Part shown: piece by piece, positions 17,785 to 27,449 of the stretch
How the letters are laid out: every line of letters begins with the position of its first letter
How positions within the stretch are numbered: position 1 is the stretch's first letter
Virus record (IMG/VR): IMGVR_UViG_3300009678_000097
Coordinates: 1 to 39,675 of that record
From: a virus
Taxonomy: Duplodnaviria > Caudoviricetes
Direction: 5' to 3' (one strand)
Length of the DNA stretch: 39,675 bases
The notes under the pieces: generated by a model
What the model was told of the DNA's origin: nothing
Databases searched by the model: none
The model's input: the letters and a program-made list of their open reading frames with translations, nothing else
Translations under genes and position numbers: made by a program

Positions 17785-18229
17785 GCAGGAGCTTTTTATT
17801 GTCCTGTGTGAACTCCCTGAGGCTAAACTTTTAGGCATGGCAGAAAGCAAGCAGCTTAGATTTTTCGCTACCCGTGTTATTCTCAACATGGTAAAAAGCA
17901 AGACCTCCCGTTTTTATTATCAATTCCGTAAGCAAGTCCACGTGGAGCTACCAGACATGGCAGGCACACCGGATGACGGAGATTTTACACTAGAGCAGTT
18001 TGAGCAGGACTATGCAGACAAACTAGCAGCCACCCTAGCAGCCAAAGACAAACTTAATTGGTATCAGCAGGAGATACTAGAGCAGTATATCCTCCACGGA
18101 AGTGCTGGTAAAATGGTAAAGGACATGCAGGCAAGGCTAGGGGGTAACTGCATCCCCAAACGGTCAATTTTGCACACCGTAAAAGAGGCAACTACACAAA
18201 TACGTAACCAAGTAAACAAAAACAAATGA
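17687..18229 (+). CDS. Sigma-70/ECF-like phage transcription factor (probable late regulator)
   Basis: REDIKQELFI.L (region 2-like) and LNWYQQEIL (region 4-like); lies between replication and packaging genes. Confidence 0.65.
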   Translation: MKRNQVLTELYNSRELADLLTKMQPENLREDIKQELFIVLCELPEAKLLGMAESKQLRFFATRVILNMVKSKTSRFYYQFRKQVHVELPDMAGTPDDGDFTLEQFEQDYADKLAATLAAKDKLNWYQQEILEQYILHGSAGKMVKDMQARLGGNCIPKRSILHTVKEATTQIRNQVNKNK

Positions 18230-18480
18230 ATATTATCTACAACGTACTGCTAGCAGCATGTACAGCTTTTTATTTCGTGGAAGTTCTGGAACTCCACAAA
18301 GGCAAACTTTCATGGATGAACATTAAACCCTTTAACTGCACTATTTGCATGTCTGCTTGGTTCGGGCTGGCACTAGGCCTGACAGACGGCTTTGGTGTGC
18401 ACAGTTTGGACATAATGATATTTAGCGGTATTGCAGGCATAGTCCTGAGGACTGTAATATACAGGCTTTACAAATTCTAA
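18226..18480 (+). CDS. Small membrane protein with CxxC (DUF1360-like)
   Basis: KPFNCTICMSAW with flanking hydrophobic segments. Confidence 0.6.
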   Translation: MNIIYNVLLAACTAFYFVEVLELHKGKLSWMNIKPFNCTICMSAWFGLALGLTDGFGVHSLDIMIFSGIAGIVLRTVIYRLYKF

Positions 18481-18494
18481 CCCCTATGAAAACA

Positions 18495-18522
18495 AGGGAG
18501 GCTCTGTAGGTCTCCCTATTTT
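18495..18522 (+). terminator. Possible terminator
   Basis: AGGGAGGC-TCTGTAG-GTCTCCCT then ATTTT. Confidence 0.45.
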
Positions 18523-18543
18523 CTAACCCCACAACCACAACCA

Positions 18544-18903
18544 ATGAAACAGGAGCACATAGATATTTGCGAAAAGTACTTAAACAGGTGGCACATGCTA
18601 CGGGATACTAAAACTATTTCAGGCATTACCGTGCAGATAGTAGACGAGCTTATAAAAGTCTACAAGGAACACAACAAGGGAAAGGAGAGCTTTTGCAGGT
18701 GGTGTCCTGACAGCATAGTAAGTCTGGTAAAGCAGGTGTACCTAGCCTATGAAAGGGACGCACCCAAGCCAGTTATTGAGACTGTGCTAGAGGTAAAAGT
18801 AGAGAGGCCAAACGGAGTAAAGCCTACACCCATAGCTGTTACATTTGATTCAATTTTACCAAAGACTGAAAAGCCAAAAAGACGTAACCAATGGAGCAAG
18901 TAA
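18544..18903 (+). CDS. Hypothetical protein (CxxC)
   Basis: 119 aa with CRWC motif. Confidence 0.65.
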   Translation: MKQEHIDICEKYLNRWHMLRDTKTISGITVQIVDELIKVYKEHNKGKESFCRWCPDSIVSLVKQVYLAYERDAPKPVIETVLEVKVERPNGVKPTPIAVTFDSILPKTEKPKRRNQWSK

Positions 18904-19433
18904 AAGAGGTAGCCCTGAGCCTAATAAAGCCTAACCCAAACAACCCACGGCTAATAAGGGATGACAGGTTTAAAAAGCTGGTAGCCAGCATAAAAAAGCA
19001 CTCAGGCATAATGGCTCTGAGGCCTATTGTTGTGGAAAGCTGGAGCAATCCAATTATCCTAGGTGGTAACATGCGTTTCAGGGCATTGAAAGACCTAGGC
19101 TATAAGTATGTGCCAGCAGAGTGGGTACGCACGGCAGAGAGCCTAACAGACAAGGAAAGAGAGGCTTTTGTGGTGCTGGACAATGCCAGCTTTGGAGAGT
19201 GGGACATAGACATACTAGCAAACACATGGGAGACAGCAGACCTACAAGCATGGGGCTTAGAGTTGCCTAGCTTTACTGCCCCTGTAAACGATTTGCAGCC
19301 CATTACAGACCACCAAAGCCAGCCCTTAGTACTTTCTGAGGAGGAGGCACAAGAGGCTCAGAATAGCCCTAATAGCACTAAAATAACAGAGGTGGTGTGC
19401 CCTGAGTGCAGCCACAGCTTTAGAGTTAGCTAG
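18891..19433 (+). CDS. ParB/Srx N-terminal domain protein with C-terminal Zn-ribbon half
   Basis: IKPNPNNPR.I, RPIVV, ILGGNMRFRAL, DN..FGEWD, CPEC.H.F. Confidence 0.85.
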   Translation: MEQVKEVALSLIKPNPNNPRLIRDDRFKKLVASIKKHSGIMALRPIVVESWSNPIILGGNMRFRALKDLGYKYVPAEWVRTAESLTDKEREAFVVLDNASFGEWDIDILANTWETADLQAWGLELPSFTAPVNDLQPITDHQSQPLVLSEEEAQEAQNSPNSTKITEVVCPECSHSFRVS

Positions 19434-19486
19434 CATTTACCCAAAACAAATTTTTTTATATATACTTTAAACCCACAACCACACAC

Positions 19487-19705
19487 ATGGAAAATAACCA
19501 AGTATCAAAAGAACAAGCAGAGCTTATACTGGCAGAGCTGGAGATGAACATTACCCAAGCATGGGCAAAGCACAAGTTCCTCAGCAAGCAGCTAGAGGCT
19601 TTAGAGAATGAAGCAGGCAAGCTGGAAAGAGACCACAAAAAAGTAGCGGCAGCTATTGCCAGCGCAGAGCAGCCAGTAATAGAGGCAGAGCCAGTACAAG
19701 ATTAA
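19487..19705 (+). CDS. Hypothetical coiled-coil protein
   Basis: 72 aa, heptad-like and E/K/A-rich. Confidence 0.6.
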   Translation: MENNQVSKEQAELILAELEMNITQAWAKHKFLSKQLEALENEAGKLERDHKKVAAAIASAEQPVIEAEPVQD

Positions 19706-19710
19706 CACCT

Positions 19711-19968
19711 ATGAGAACAGCCACCCATTTTATAGCAGTTTGGGGCACAGGCACAAGCAGGACAGGGTATTCACAACTAATGGAAGTGAATGCCCTAACT
19801 GCATTCATAGACGGGCTGGCAGACTTTAAAAGCATCTACCCCGTAGCAGTATGGAAGATAAAAGAGGGGCACAAGGCAAGGTATAGCGAGGCAAACCTTT
19901 GGGCATGTGAAGGTAAACCAGACAGGATGACAGACAGCTACAGTAGGCTATATGACAGAACGGCATAA
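19711..19968 (+). CDS. Hypothetical protein
   Basis: 85 aa ORF in the operon. Confidence 0.55.
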   Translation: MRTATHFIAVWGTGTSRTGYSQLMEVNALTAFIDGLADFKSIYPVAVWKIKEGHKARYSEANLWACEGKPDRMTDSYSRLYDRTA

Positions 19969-19989
19969 ATAAGCATCTTACAAGCAATT

Positions 19990-20451
19990 ATGAAACCAAG
20001 AAAGAAGGGCAACCCAAAGCCAAAGACAGAGCAAATAGAGCCATACCAATGGCCTAAGGGACATAGCGGCAACCCTAACGGCAGACCCCGCAAGCTAATG
20101 AGCAAACTGGAGGGAGGCTACAAAAATGACGAGATAAACACCACAGTAATGAACATAGCAGCCCTAGACATGGAAGGGCTAAAGAAAGTCTTTGAGGACG
20201 AAACAGCAACTATACTGGAAAGGTCTGTAGCCCATGCTTTATACAAAGGCTTTACAAAGGCCAGCCTGTATAATCTGGAGACGGTTATAACCAGAGCGCA
20301 CGGCAAGCCAAAGGAGCAGGTAGAAATGAAGCAAGAGGTGAACCTTGCAGCTATGACAGTCCACGTGGTAAAGGTGGACACACCACTAGCCAGCTCAGAG
20401 AGCGAAGTAGACACTACAAGGCCTGACACAAACACCAAGATAAGCCTTTAA
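19990..20451 (+). CDS. terS: Terminase small subunit (DUF5681-type)
   Basis: WPKGHSGNPNGRP; R.HGKP; stop overlaps the terL start. Confidence 0.75.
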   Translation: MKPRKKGNPKPKTEQIEPYQWPKGHSGNPNGRPRKLMSKLEGGYKNDEINTTVMNIAALDMEGLKKVFEDETATILERSVAHALYKGFTKASLYNLETVITRAHGKPKEQVEMKQEVNLAAMTVHVVKVDTPLASSESEVDTTRPDTNTKISL

Positions 20452-21617
20452 TGATATTCCAGACCTCCCCACTATACGAGGCTAACCTGAACACCACAGC
20501 AGACGTGGTGGTAAACCAAGGCGGCACAAGCTCAGGCAAGACCTACAGCATAATGCAGGTACTGTTTACTATTGCCATGCAGGAAAATAACGCACTTATA
20601 ACGGTAGTGGGGCAGGATTTCCCAAACTTAAAGGTAGGTGCACTCAGGGACGCACAGAACATTATTAGGGACAGTCCAGTACTACAGAGTGTCATAACCA
20701 AGGCCAACAAGAGCACCAGCACCTACGAGTTTGCCACGGGCAGCGTAATGGAGTTTATGAGCTATGACGATTGGCAGGACGCAAAGAGTGGTAAGAGGGA
20801 CTACTTGTTTATTAATGAGGCCAACGGCATACCCTATAACATGTACTGCGAGCTAGCCCTGAGGACACGCAAAAGGATATACATAGACTATAACCCAAAT
20901 AGTGAGTTTTGGGTACACAGGGAGGTGCTAGGCAGGCCTACTGTGCAGCTCATAGTATCTGACCACAGGCATAACCCTTTTCTGTCCCAAAAGACACGGG
21001 ACAAAATAGAGGCACTAGCGGAGAGCGACACAGAGCTGTGGAGAGTGTACGCACGTGGACTGACAGGTAAGGTAGAGGGCTTAGTGTTTCGTAACTACGC
21101 AGCAGTACCAGCCCTACCAGACGGGGGCACATTTGTGGGCTATGGTATGGACTTTGGATTTACCAATGACCCCACCACCCTTGTGGAGGTATGGAAGCAA
21201 AACGGGGAGCTGTGGATTAATGAGTTAATCTATGAGACAGGCCTAACTAACCAAGACATAAGCGAGCGCATGAAACTACTAGGCATCCCTCAGGGCAGGG
21301 AGATAACAGCAGACAGCGCAGAGCCTAAGAGCATAGAGGAGCTTAACAGGCTAGGCTGGAATGTACGGGGCGCTAACAAGGGGCAGGACAGCATACGTAA
21401 TAGCATAGACATTCTAAAGCGGTATAAACTGAACCTGACACAGCGCAGCCATAACCTGAGGAGAGAGGTAGGTGGCTACAGGTGGAAGACAAATAAAAAT
21501 GGCACACTAGAAAATGTGCCAGTAGATGCCAACAACCACACCATAGACGCTTTGAGGTACGTGGCTTTAAATAAGCTCTCAGAGAACGTGGGCAAGGGCA
21601 AGTATACAGTAGCCTAA
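20451..21617 (+). CDS. terL: Terminase large subunit (PBSX/SPP1-like)
   Basis: QGGTSSGKT, FINEAN, DYNP, GMDFGFTNDP, ADSAEP, NHTIDALRY. Confidence 0.95.
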   Translation: MIFQTSPLYEANLNTTADVVVNQGGTSSGKTYSIMQVLFTIAMQENNALITVVGQDFPNLKVGALRDAQNIIRDSPVLQSVITKANKSTSTYEFATGSVMEFMSYDDWQDAKSGKRDYLFINEANGIPYNMYCELALRTRKRIYIDYNPNSEFWVHREVLGRPTVQLIVSDHRHNPFLSQKTRDKIEALAESDTELWRVYARGLTGKVEGLVFRNYAAVPALPDGGTFVGYGMDFGFTNDPTTLVEVWKQNGELWINELIYETGLTNQDISERMKLLGIPQGREITADSAEPKSIEELNRLGWNVRGANKGQDSIRNSIDILKRYKLNLTQRSHNLRREVGGYRWKTNKNGTLENVPVDANNHTIDALRYVALNKLSENVGKGKYTVA

Positions 21618-21626
21618 ATAAGAACA

Positions 21627-21764
21627 ATGAGGAAGCTAATAGACAGATTTAATGAGGGCGCAGCCTTTATGGTGGGCATGGTAGCTGTAGCAGTTTTACT
21701 AGCAGCAGCAGTAGCCCTAGGCTGGCTACTGTCCGAAGTTATAGTATATCCTTTCACCAGATAG
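21627..21764 (+). CDS. Small single-TM peptide (45 aa), not in the ORF track
   Basis: MRKLIDRFNEGAAFMVGMVAVAVLLAAAVALGWLLSEVIVYPFTR; ATG 9 nt after the terL stop. Confidence 0.5.
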   Translation: MRKLIDRFNEGAAFMVGMVAVAVLLAAAVALGWLLSEVIVYPFTR

Positions 21765-21923
21765 CACCCTGAGGTAGTAAGCCTCAGCCTCCTCTAGTGT
21801 CTTAAAAGTCTTTGCAACCGGCTTACCGTTCTCGGTGTTAAGATAGTCCCACACGTGATAGCCCCACGTCTTTGTGTACTTTATTGCAGCCCCTTCTTTT
21901 TTACTTCCTTTTAGCGTAGTCAT
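21726..21923 (-). CDS. Hypothetical protein (inverted island)
   Basis: Preceded by a hairpin linker + CACAAAACAAACCAC leader; KTFKTLEEAEAY motif. Confidence 0.7.
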   Translation of the reverse strand: MTTLKGSKKEGAAIKYTKTWGYHVWDYLNTENGKPVAKTFKTLEEAEAYYLRVLSGERIYYNFGQ

Positions 21924-21963
21924 GTGGTTTGTTTTGTGGGGGCTTTTACACCCCCGTTTAAGT

Positions 21964-22182
21964 TTAGAATATCCAGCCGTTAGTGTCCAAAATCCTCTGT
22001 ACTTGTTTCATTCCAAAAGCATGGCAAGTCATGGTATTTACATTTATCTTATGAGCATAACTGGCCAAGTTAATAACGGTTATTTTGTTTGGGGTAACCC
22101 CTACTACTCTAAAGTTTCTAACCACGCCCTCTATCTCAGTTCTGAACTCCATTCCTGTTTTTATGTCTGTAGCTTTTTTCAT
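21964..22182 (-). CDS. Hypothetical protein (inverted island)
   Basis: ATG at the end of promoter cassette copy B. Confidence 0.7.
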   Translation of the reverse strand: MKKATDIKTGMEFRTEIEGVVRNFRVVGVTPNKITVINLASYAHKINVNTMTCHAFGMKQVQRILDTNGWIF

Positions 22183-22262
22183 TTTGTGTGTGTTTGTGTG
22201 TTATTGTATTGCAAATATATACCGGCCAAAATTACTATCCAAATTTATTTCAAATTATTTTT
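22183..22262 (-). promoter_or_regulatory. Repeated host-sigma promoter cassette, copy B
   Basis: Minus strand: AAAATAATTTGAAATAAATTTGG ... TATATTTGCAATAC + CA-rich leader. Confidence 0.85.
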
Positions 22263-22365
22263 TAAAATACTTTCCACGTGGGTAGCTAACGCCCCTGTCT
22301 ACTGAACGAGGGCAAGGGCTAGCACGGAAAGCCTCAAAGCATATTTAGGGGAAACACACTACCAA

Positions 22366-22629
22366 ATGAGTACAATTATTAACACCATTGCCAGCGCAGT
22401 AGTTGGCCTAGCCACAGGGGTAATAGTGACAGACGGGGCACACAAGACCCATACCACCTATGCAGAGCCAGTAAAGACTATCCAGATACCGCAGCCTACT
22501 ATTATACTAGATGCCAGCGCAGCAGGCAGGAATAGGGGCAAGTTTGGCACACAGGAGAGTAAGAGAAAGCAGCTAAGGCAGAACCCCTCCTTTGCACGGA
22601 GTAAGAAATGCACCACTAAAATAAAGTGA
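22366..22629 (+). CDS. Hypothetical protein
   Basis: 87 aa with hydrophobic N-terminus and basic C-terminus; follows an ATATTTAGGGG motif. Confidence 0.6.
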   Translation: MSTIINTIASAVVGLATGVIVTDGAHKTHTTYAEPVKTIQIPQPTIILDASAAGRNRGKFGTQESKRKQLRQNPSFARSKKCTTKIK

Positions 22630-22781
22630 TGGCAAAGGAAAAATATTTTTTACAACTATTTCAGTTTACACACGGCAACAATGCTGTGCATTTATATCCT
22701 GCATGGAGGGCAAAGGTTTTGAGGAGTTGCCAAAGAATGAAAGCTCAACTAATGATTAACCGTTTAAACAAACACAAATGA
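22629..22781 (+). CDS. Small hypothetical protein (50 aa), not in the ORF track
   Basis: MAKEKYFLQLF...NKHK; TGATG overlap upstream and ATGA overlap downstream. Confidence 0.55.
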   Translation: MAKEKYFLQLFQFTHGNNAVHLYPAWRAKVLRSCQRMKAQLMINRLNKHK

Positions 22782-23374
22782 ACTGGACAGATATAACCGT
22801 AGAACAATACCAAGGCCTGCACTCTATAATGACGGACAAGGCAGCAGACGAATGGGACAAGGAAATAGCTTGCATAGCTTACCTGACAGGCAAGAACATA
22901 GACAGCATAATAGACATGCCCTACAGCGAGTATAAGGAGCTGCGTAAGGGCTTTGCTTTCCTGAGCGAGGATAAGATTGAGGGGCAGGCCAAGAAGGTTA
23001 TAAAGGCCAACGGGAAGACCTACAGGGTACAGTTTAACCTTACAGAGCTGCCCGTGGCTAGGTACGTGGAGGTGAAACACTTTGCACAGGAGGACTATGT
23101 AAAGAACCTGCATTTAATGATGGCCAGTATAGTAGTACCAGACGGATTGCCTTATAGCCACAAGCACCACAGCCTCTATGCAGAGGACATGAAGAAAGCC
23201 AGCATAGTGGACGTGCATAACACAGGGGTTTTTTTTTGCAAATTATACGCAAGATTGATACCGAATATCAAGGGCTATATGGCACAGATGATGACGGAAA
23301 CGGGGCTGACACCGATACAAGCAGCCAGCCACGTGGAGGGTTTATGCAACGCTATGGCTGGATTTACAATATAA
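22778..23374 (+). CDS. Tail assembly chaperone (gpG-like)
   Basis: W.DIT..QY start; slippery GGG GTT TTT TTT at 23225-23236. Confidence 0.65.
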   Translation: MNWTDITVEQYQGLHSIMTDKAADEWDKEIACIAYLTGKNIDSIIDMPYSEYKELRKGFAFLSEDKIEGQAKKVIKANGKTYRVQFNLTELPVARYVEVKHFAQEDYVKNLHLMMASIVVPDGLPYSHKHHSLYAEDMKKASIVDVHNTGVFFCKLYARLIPNIKGYMAQMMTETGLTPIQAASHVEGLCNAMAGFTI

Positions 23375-23505
23375 AACTATTGAGCACCCTAAAAGTAATA
23401 TCACTAGATGAGGCATGGCAGATACCCACAAGGGAGGCCTTAAACCTGTTAAGCTATTTGAAAGCAGAGGAGAGCTACCTAAAACACCTAAGAAATGGCA
23501 GTTAG
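23236..23505 (+). CDS. Tail assembly chaperone frameshift extension (gpT-like)
   Basis: In the -1 frame relative to 22778, opening at the T9 run; F..RYGW and L..LSY.K motifs; no independent ATG start. Confidence 0.65.
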   Translation: MQIIRKIDTEYQGLYGTDDDGNGADTDTSSQPRGGFMQRYGWIYNIKLLSTLKVISLDEAWQIPTREALNLLSYLKAEESYLKHLRNGS

Positions 23506-24145
23506 CATAGCACAGTCACAAAAGGCTTTTATAAAGTCAAAGTTTATAACCCTTAACCAGATAGGACAGGCTAAAGGTGTTGGCGGTGTGCCTCTGGACG
23601 AGGTAGAGCAGATACTTGTAGACTTAGCTATAAGGTTTAAGGTGGAGGCAGAGAGAAACCTTAACGAAACGGACAGCATGAGTAGTGCTAGGCTGGCCAA
23701 CTCTATCCAGTTTGAGAGTGTGCAGTACATGGGTGGAGTATACAGCATAGAGATAAAAGTACTGGACTACTACAAGTTTATTGACAAGGGAGTAAGAGGG
23801 GTAAAGAATGAGAAAGGGGGCAGCTCCCCGTATAAGTTTAAGAACCTCTTTGTATCTGACGGCATGAGAAAGGAGATACGCAAGTGGCTAATACGGGAGG
23901 GCATGAAAGTTACCACTAAGCCAGTAACCAAGAAACACGCACTAGGCACAGAAAAGAAGGGCACGGCATTTAAGGGCATAGACAAGACAGATGCCTTTGC
24001 CACAGCCATAGCACGTAGCATTAAAAAGAAAGGGATAAGGCCTACTAACTTTTGGACAGATGCAGAAAAGAAAGTGCATGAATACCTCCAGAGAAACGGA
24101 GGGCAAGGGTTTGAAGTAGCAATAATAAACGAATTAACTAGATAG
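23495..24145 (+). CDS. Neck/tail-completion protein (HK97 gp10-like)
   Basis: S.RLANSI, YYKFIDKGV.G, AIARSI.KKGI.PT.F. Confidence 0.65.
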   Translation: MAVSIAQSQKAFIKSKFITLNQIGQAKGVGGVPLDEVEQILVDLAIRFKVEAERNLNETDSMSSARLANSIQFESVQYMGGVYSIEIKVLDYYKFIDKGVRGVKNEKGGSSPYKFKNLFVSDGMRKEIRKWLIREGMKVTTKPVTKKHALGTEKKGTAFKGIDKTDAFATAIARSIKKKGIRPTNFWTDAEKKVHEYLQRNGGQGFEVAIINELTR

Positions 24146-24146
24146 T

Positions 24147-25322
24147 ATGGCAATAACATTAAAGCAAGCCTCAGGAGCTTATGACTTTAGGCTAAGTGCA
24201 CACAGCCCTTTGTGGTTTGTGGTGAGTAGTGATAACACGGCACAGGATAATTTCAAATTTGTGTTTGAGGTGTTCATAGGTGGTGTAAAGGTAGCAACCC
24301 TAAAGAGGTGGCCACACCCTAGCACAATATATGGCAGTATTGACGTAGCCCCAATAGTGAGGAGCTACCTATCTAACAACTACCTGCTAGAGCCTAGCCC
24401 TGCCTCAGGTGCGTGGTACGTAGACTATGACGTAAAGGTAGGGGAGGAGTATGGTAGCCCACCAACTACCTATTTAAACCTAAACTCTTGGCTAAATGTA
24501 AGGGCTTACAACTCATACGAGGACATTACAGGCACGTACCTAAAGAGCCAAATATTTACCAAGCAGGACAAGCTACTGACGAGCAGGCCAATGACCTACG
24601 AGGGACGCAAAACAGAGCTAATAAGTGTGCCCTACTGGAACTATTCAGACCCTATACTTACCCCCTACGATTTAAACGTATATGACAGCGCAGGTGGTTT
24701 GCTTATCACAGAGGAAAGGACTATGCTACTAAGTCACAACGTGGTAGACTGTAGCCTAGCAAACGTAGACCTTATTACAGACACTATAATAGCAAACGCA
24801 GCCAGCCTAGAGCTTGTGATTGGTAGTGAGACCTTCACTATTAACTACTGCGAGGCAAGGGCTTACACGGGCAGGACGGTGCACTTTTTGAACAAGTACG
24901 GAGGCTATGAAACCTATTCCTTTACTGGCAAGAGCAGGATGACGGCAGACATAGACCGCAAAGAGTATGGCTTACAGCAAGACCAACTTTATGACAATGG
25001 CAGCACGGTAGCTATGACCCCGCTAGAGGAGGGCACTACTAACGTGTACAGGGGCAGCAAGAGGACAGCCCACGTGGGGAAAAGGTACAAGTATAAGCTG
25101 TCAAGCGCACACCTCTCAGACGAGGAGTTTACATGGCTTGCAGAGCTGGTGGCCAGCCCTATGGTATACCTGTACATGCCTGACTTTGACAATGTGCAGA
25201 AAGCTATGCCAGTTAAGATACTTAACACTAACTACGATTATCTTCGTATTGAAAGTGACAAAGTAAACTGCTTAGAGATTGATGTAGAGATACTTACGGA
25301 CTTCAATTCACAATTCGCATAA
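24147..25322 (+). CDS. Structural tail protein
   Basis: FLNKYGG.E.Y.F and W..EL..SP.VY motifs; tail module position. Confidence 0.65.
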   Translation: MAITLKQASGAYDFRLSAHSPLWFVVSSDNTAQDNFKFVFEVFIGGVKVATLKRWPHPSTIYGSIDVAPIVRSYLSNNYLLEPSPASGAWYVDYDVKVGEEYGSPPTTYLNLNSWLNVRAYNSYEDITGTYLKSQIFTKQDKLLTSRPMTYEGRKTELISVPYWNYSDPILTPYDLNVYDSAGGLLITEERTMLLSHNVVDCSLANVDLITDTIIANAASLELVIGSETFTINYCEARAYTGRTVHFLNKYGGYETYSFTGKSRMTADIDRKEYGLQQDQLYDNGSTVAMTPLEEGTTNVYRGSKRTAHVGKRYKYKLSSAHLSDEEFTWLAELVASPMVYLYMPDFDNVQKAMPVKILNTNYDYLRIESDKVNCLEIDVEILTDFNSQFA

Positions 25323-25337
25323 AGTATATTTAGCACT

Positions 25338-27440
25338 ATGACATGGGAGATATATGTAGAAGGGCAGAAAATAGACCCACCAGAGGGCACAAGTGCTCAA
25401 ATAACATTTAACATAGATGACATTAGGGACTTTGCGGCACGTAACACGGCATTTAGCAAGACCATTATACTACCTGCCACAGCCACAAATAAGAAAGTAT
25501 TTGGCCATGTGTTTGACGCTGGCAGCAGTAATATAGTGGACGATGAAAACCCTAACGTAGGGTACGACTACAACGCTAGCAAGGCAGCTAGCTGCATTAT
25601 GTTTATAGACCAGATGCAGGTATTTAAGGGTGTTATTCGTATTATGGACATAGTGGTGGACGGCAGCTACATGGAGTTTGAGGTGGCAGTATTTGGGGAG
25701 CTAGGTGGCTTAATCAGTAACATAGCAGACAAGAAACTGGAGCAGCTAGATTTTGCAGCCTATAACCACACATTTAACTTAGGCAACCTCACAGGCTCAT
25801 GGTCAGAGGATTTTTTATTTCCCTCAGGCACGGGGTACTACTACCCACACATGGACATGGGGTACAGCACGGACAAAATCATTTTTCCTATTGAGAGCTT
25901 TAGGCCAGCCCTGCACGTGAGGGAGTATGTGGACAAGATGCTAGACCAAGCAGGCTACACGTTTGCCTCAGACTTCATGGACACGGATTACTTTAAACGG
26001 CTTATTATACCCTTTAACGGGGCTTATCCTGCCAAGGTGGTACAGACAGCTTTTCAGGCTAGCATGGCAACCTACACCAGCCCTAGTGGTGCAGGCAGTA
26101 CTGGATTTTTCCAGCAAATACCCATTAATGACGTAGTAGGCACTAACTATTTTAGGTTTGTGGCTGAGGCTGGAGCTGTCCCTGAGCACATTGTGTGGGA
26201 CAGGGCAGATACGGTTAAGATGAAAGCTAAATTCACAGCAAACTGGACAAGAGCCTTAGGCACAGCGTTTAACCTCAAACTAACCATAGTGAGAGTGCCA
26301 AATGGCAACACAGCCATACCAAATGAGGAAATAGTGTTATATGAGGAGGTTGTGACAGGCACAAGTGGCACAATAAACGTAGAGCTGCCTATAGACGTGG
26401 AGCAGGGTGATTGGTATAACCTGTGGAGTAACTGCACGGTTATAGACGGTAGTCAAACCTTCACCTTTACCCCGTATAACTTTTACTTTGTAGGCTCTCC
26501 CGATATTGCTATCCCTCTTACGTTTAATGATAGCGTAGATATGAATAGCTGCATACCTAAAAATGTATTTCAGCTAGACCTCCTCAAGTGGCTTATTAAA
26601 ATGTTTAACCTGTATATCTACGAAGACCCTGACACGGTAGGGCACGTACTTATAAAGCCCTACGTGGACTTTTACGGTACTACTGTGGAGGATTGGGACG
26701 GCAAGCTAGACAGGAGCAAGCCATTTAAGTACACACCCATGGGAGAGATAAACAGCAGGAGCTATGAGTATACCTACAAAGATGACAAGGACTACTACAA
26801 CGAGCTGTACAAGACAAAATACCAAGAGATATATGGCAGCAGGTTCTATGACACAGGGCTGGACTTTGTAAAGGACAAGAACAAGGTAGAGGTAGGCTTT
26901 AGCCCCTCCCCGCTAGTGCAGTACAGTAATAGTGACAGGGTGCAGGTAGCTGTGTACAAAAAGAAAGAGGACGGCACAGAGGAGAGAATGGCACACGGGC
27001 TGCGTATACTGTTTAGGTCTGACGCACCACAGCCCTGCCAAGATTGGACTATTAGCTACATATCTGGAGGCACACCCCTGACTAACCTCATGGACTATGG
27101 CTATGCTTATGCAGGCCACGTGGACAGCGTAGACGCTCTAGCTAATGACTTAAATTTCGGTGTACCTCAGGAGCTATACTTTACAATAATTGCAGGAGAC
27201 CTGAGCGCAAACCTGTTTAATGTTTTTTGGAGCAGGTACATAGGGGAGGTAAGCGACAAGGACAGCAAGCTATTAAAGGGAAACTTTAAGCTAACTCCGC
27301 AAGATATTATGACTCTTGACTTTAGCAAACCTAAATATATTAATGGCCAGCTCTGGAGGCTAAACAAAATAATAGACTGGAGCACGGACGGTATAGAGAG
27401 TACAAAATGTGAGTTATTAAAAGTAATTGACTTAGTATAA
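25338..27440 (+). CDS. Tail tip / hub protein
   Basis: 700 aa; I.DI....R...FSKTI.LP...N, KMFNLY; precedes the tape measure gene. Confidence 0.7.
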   Translation: MTWEIYVEGQKIDPPEGTSAQITFNIDDIRDFAARNTAFSKTIILPATATNKKVFGHVFDAGSSNIVDDENPNVGYDYNASKAASCIMFIDQMQVFKGVIRIMDIVVDGSYMEFEVAVFGELGGLISNIADKKLEQLDFAAYNHTFNLGNLTGSWSEDFLFPSGTGYYYPHMDMGYSTDKIIFPIESFRPALHVREYVDKMLDQAGYTFASDFMDTDYFKRLIIPFNGAYPAKVVQTAFQASMATYTSPSGAGSTGFFQQIPINDVVGTNYFRFVAEAGAVPEHIVWDRADTVKMKAKFTANWTRALGTAFNLKLTIVRVPNGNTAIPNEEIVLYEEVVTGTSGTINVELPIDVEQGDWYNLWSNCTVIDGSQTFTFTPYNFYFVGSPDIAIPLTFNDSVDMNSCIPKNVFQLDLLKWLIKMFNLYIYEDPDTVGHVLIKPYVDFYGTTVEDWDGKLDRSKPFKYTPMGEINSRSYEYTYKDDKDYYNELYKTKYQEIYGSRFYDTGLDFVKDKNKVEVGFSPSPLVQYSNSDRVQVAVYKKKEDGTEERMAHGLRILFRSDAPQPCQDWTISYISGGTPLTNLMDYGYAYAGHVDSVDALANDLNFGVPQELYFTIIAGDLSANLFNVFWSRYIGEVSDKDSKLLKGNFKLTPQDIMTLDFSKPKYINGQLWRLNKIIDWSTDGIESTKCELLKVIDLV

Positions 27441-27449
27441 AATTATAAT

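Noticed and set aside
18891-19433. ParABS plasmid-prophage partition system
   Set aside because: No ParA, the ParB-like protein lacks an evident HTH and sits in the usual pre-terminase position, and an integrase is present
21874-22305. 143-aa + strand ORF and the nested 22085-22285 ORF
   Set aside because: Antisense to two genes with a clear promoter and leaders, and runs through promoter DNA
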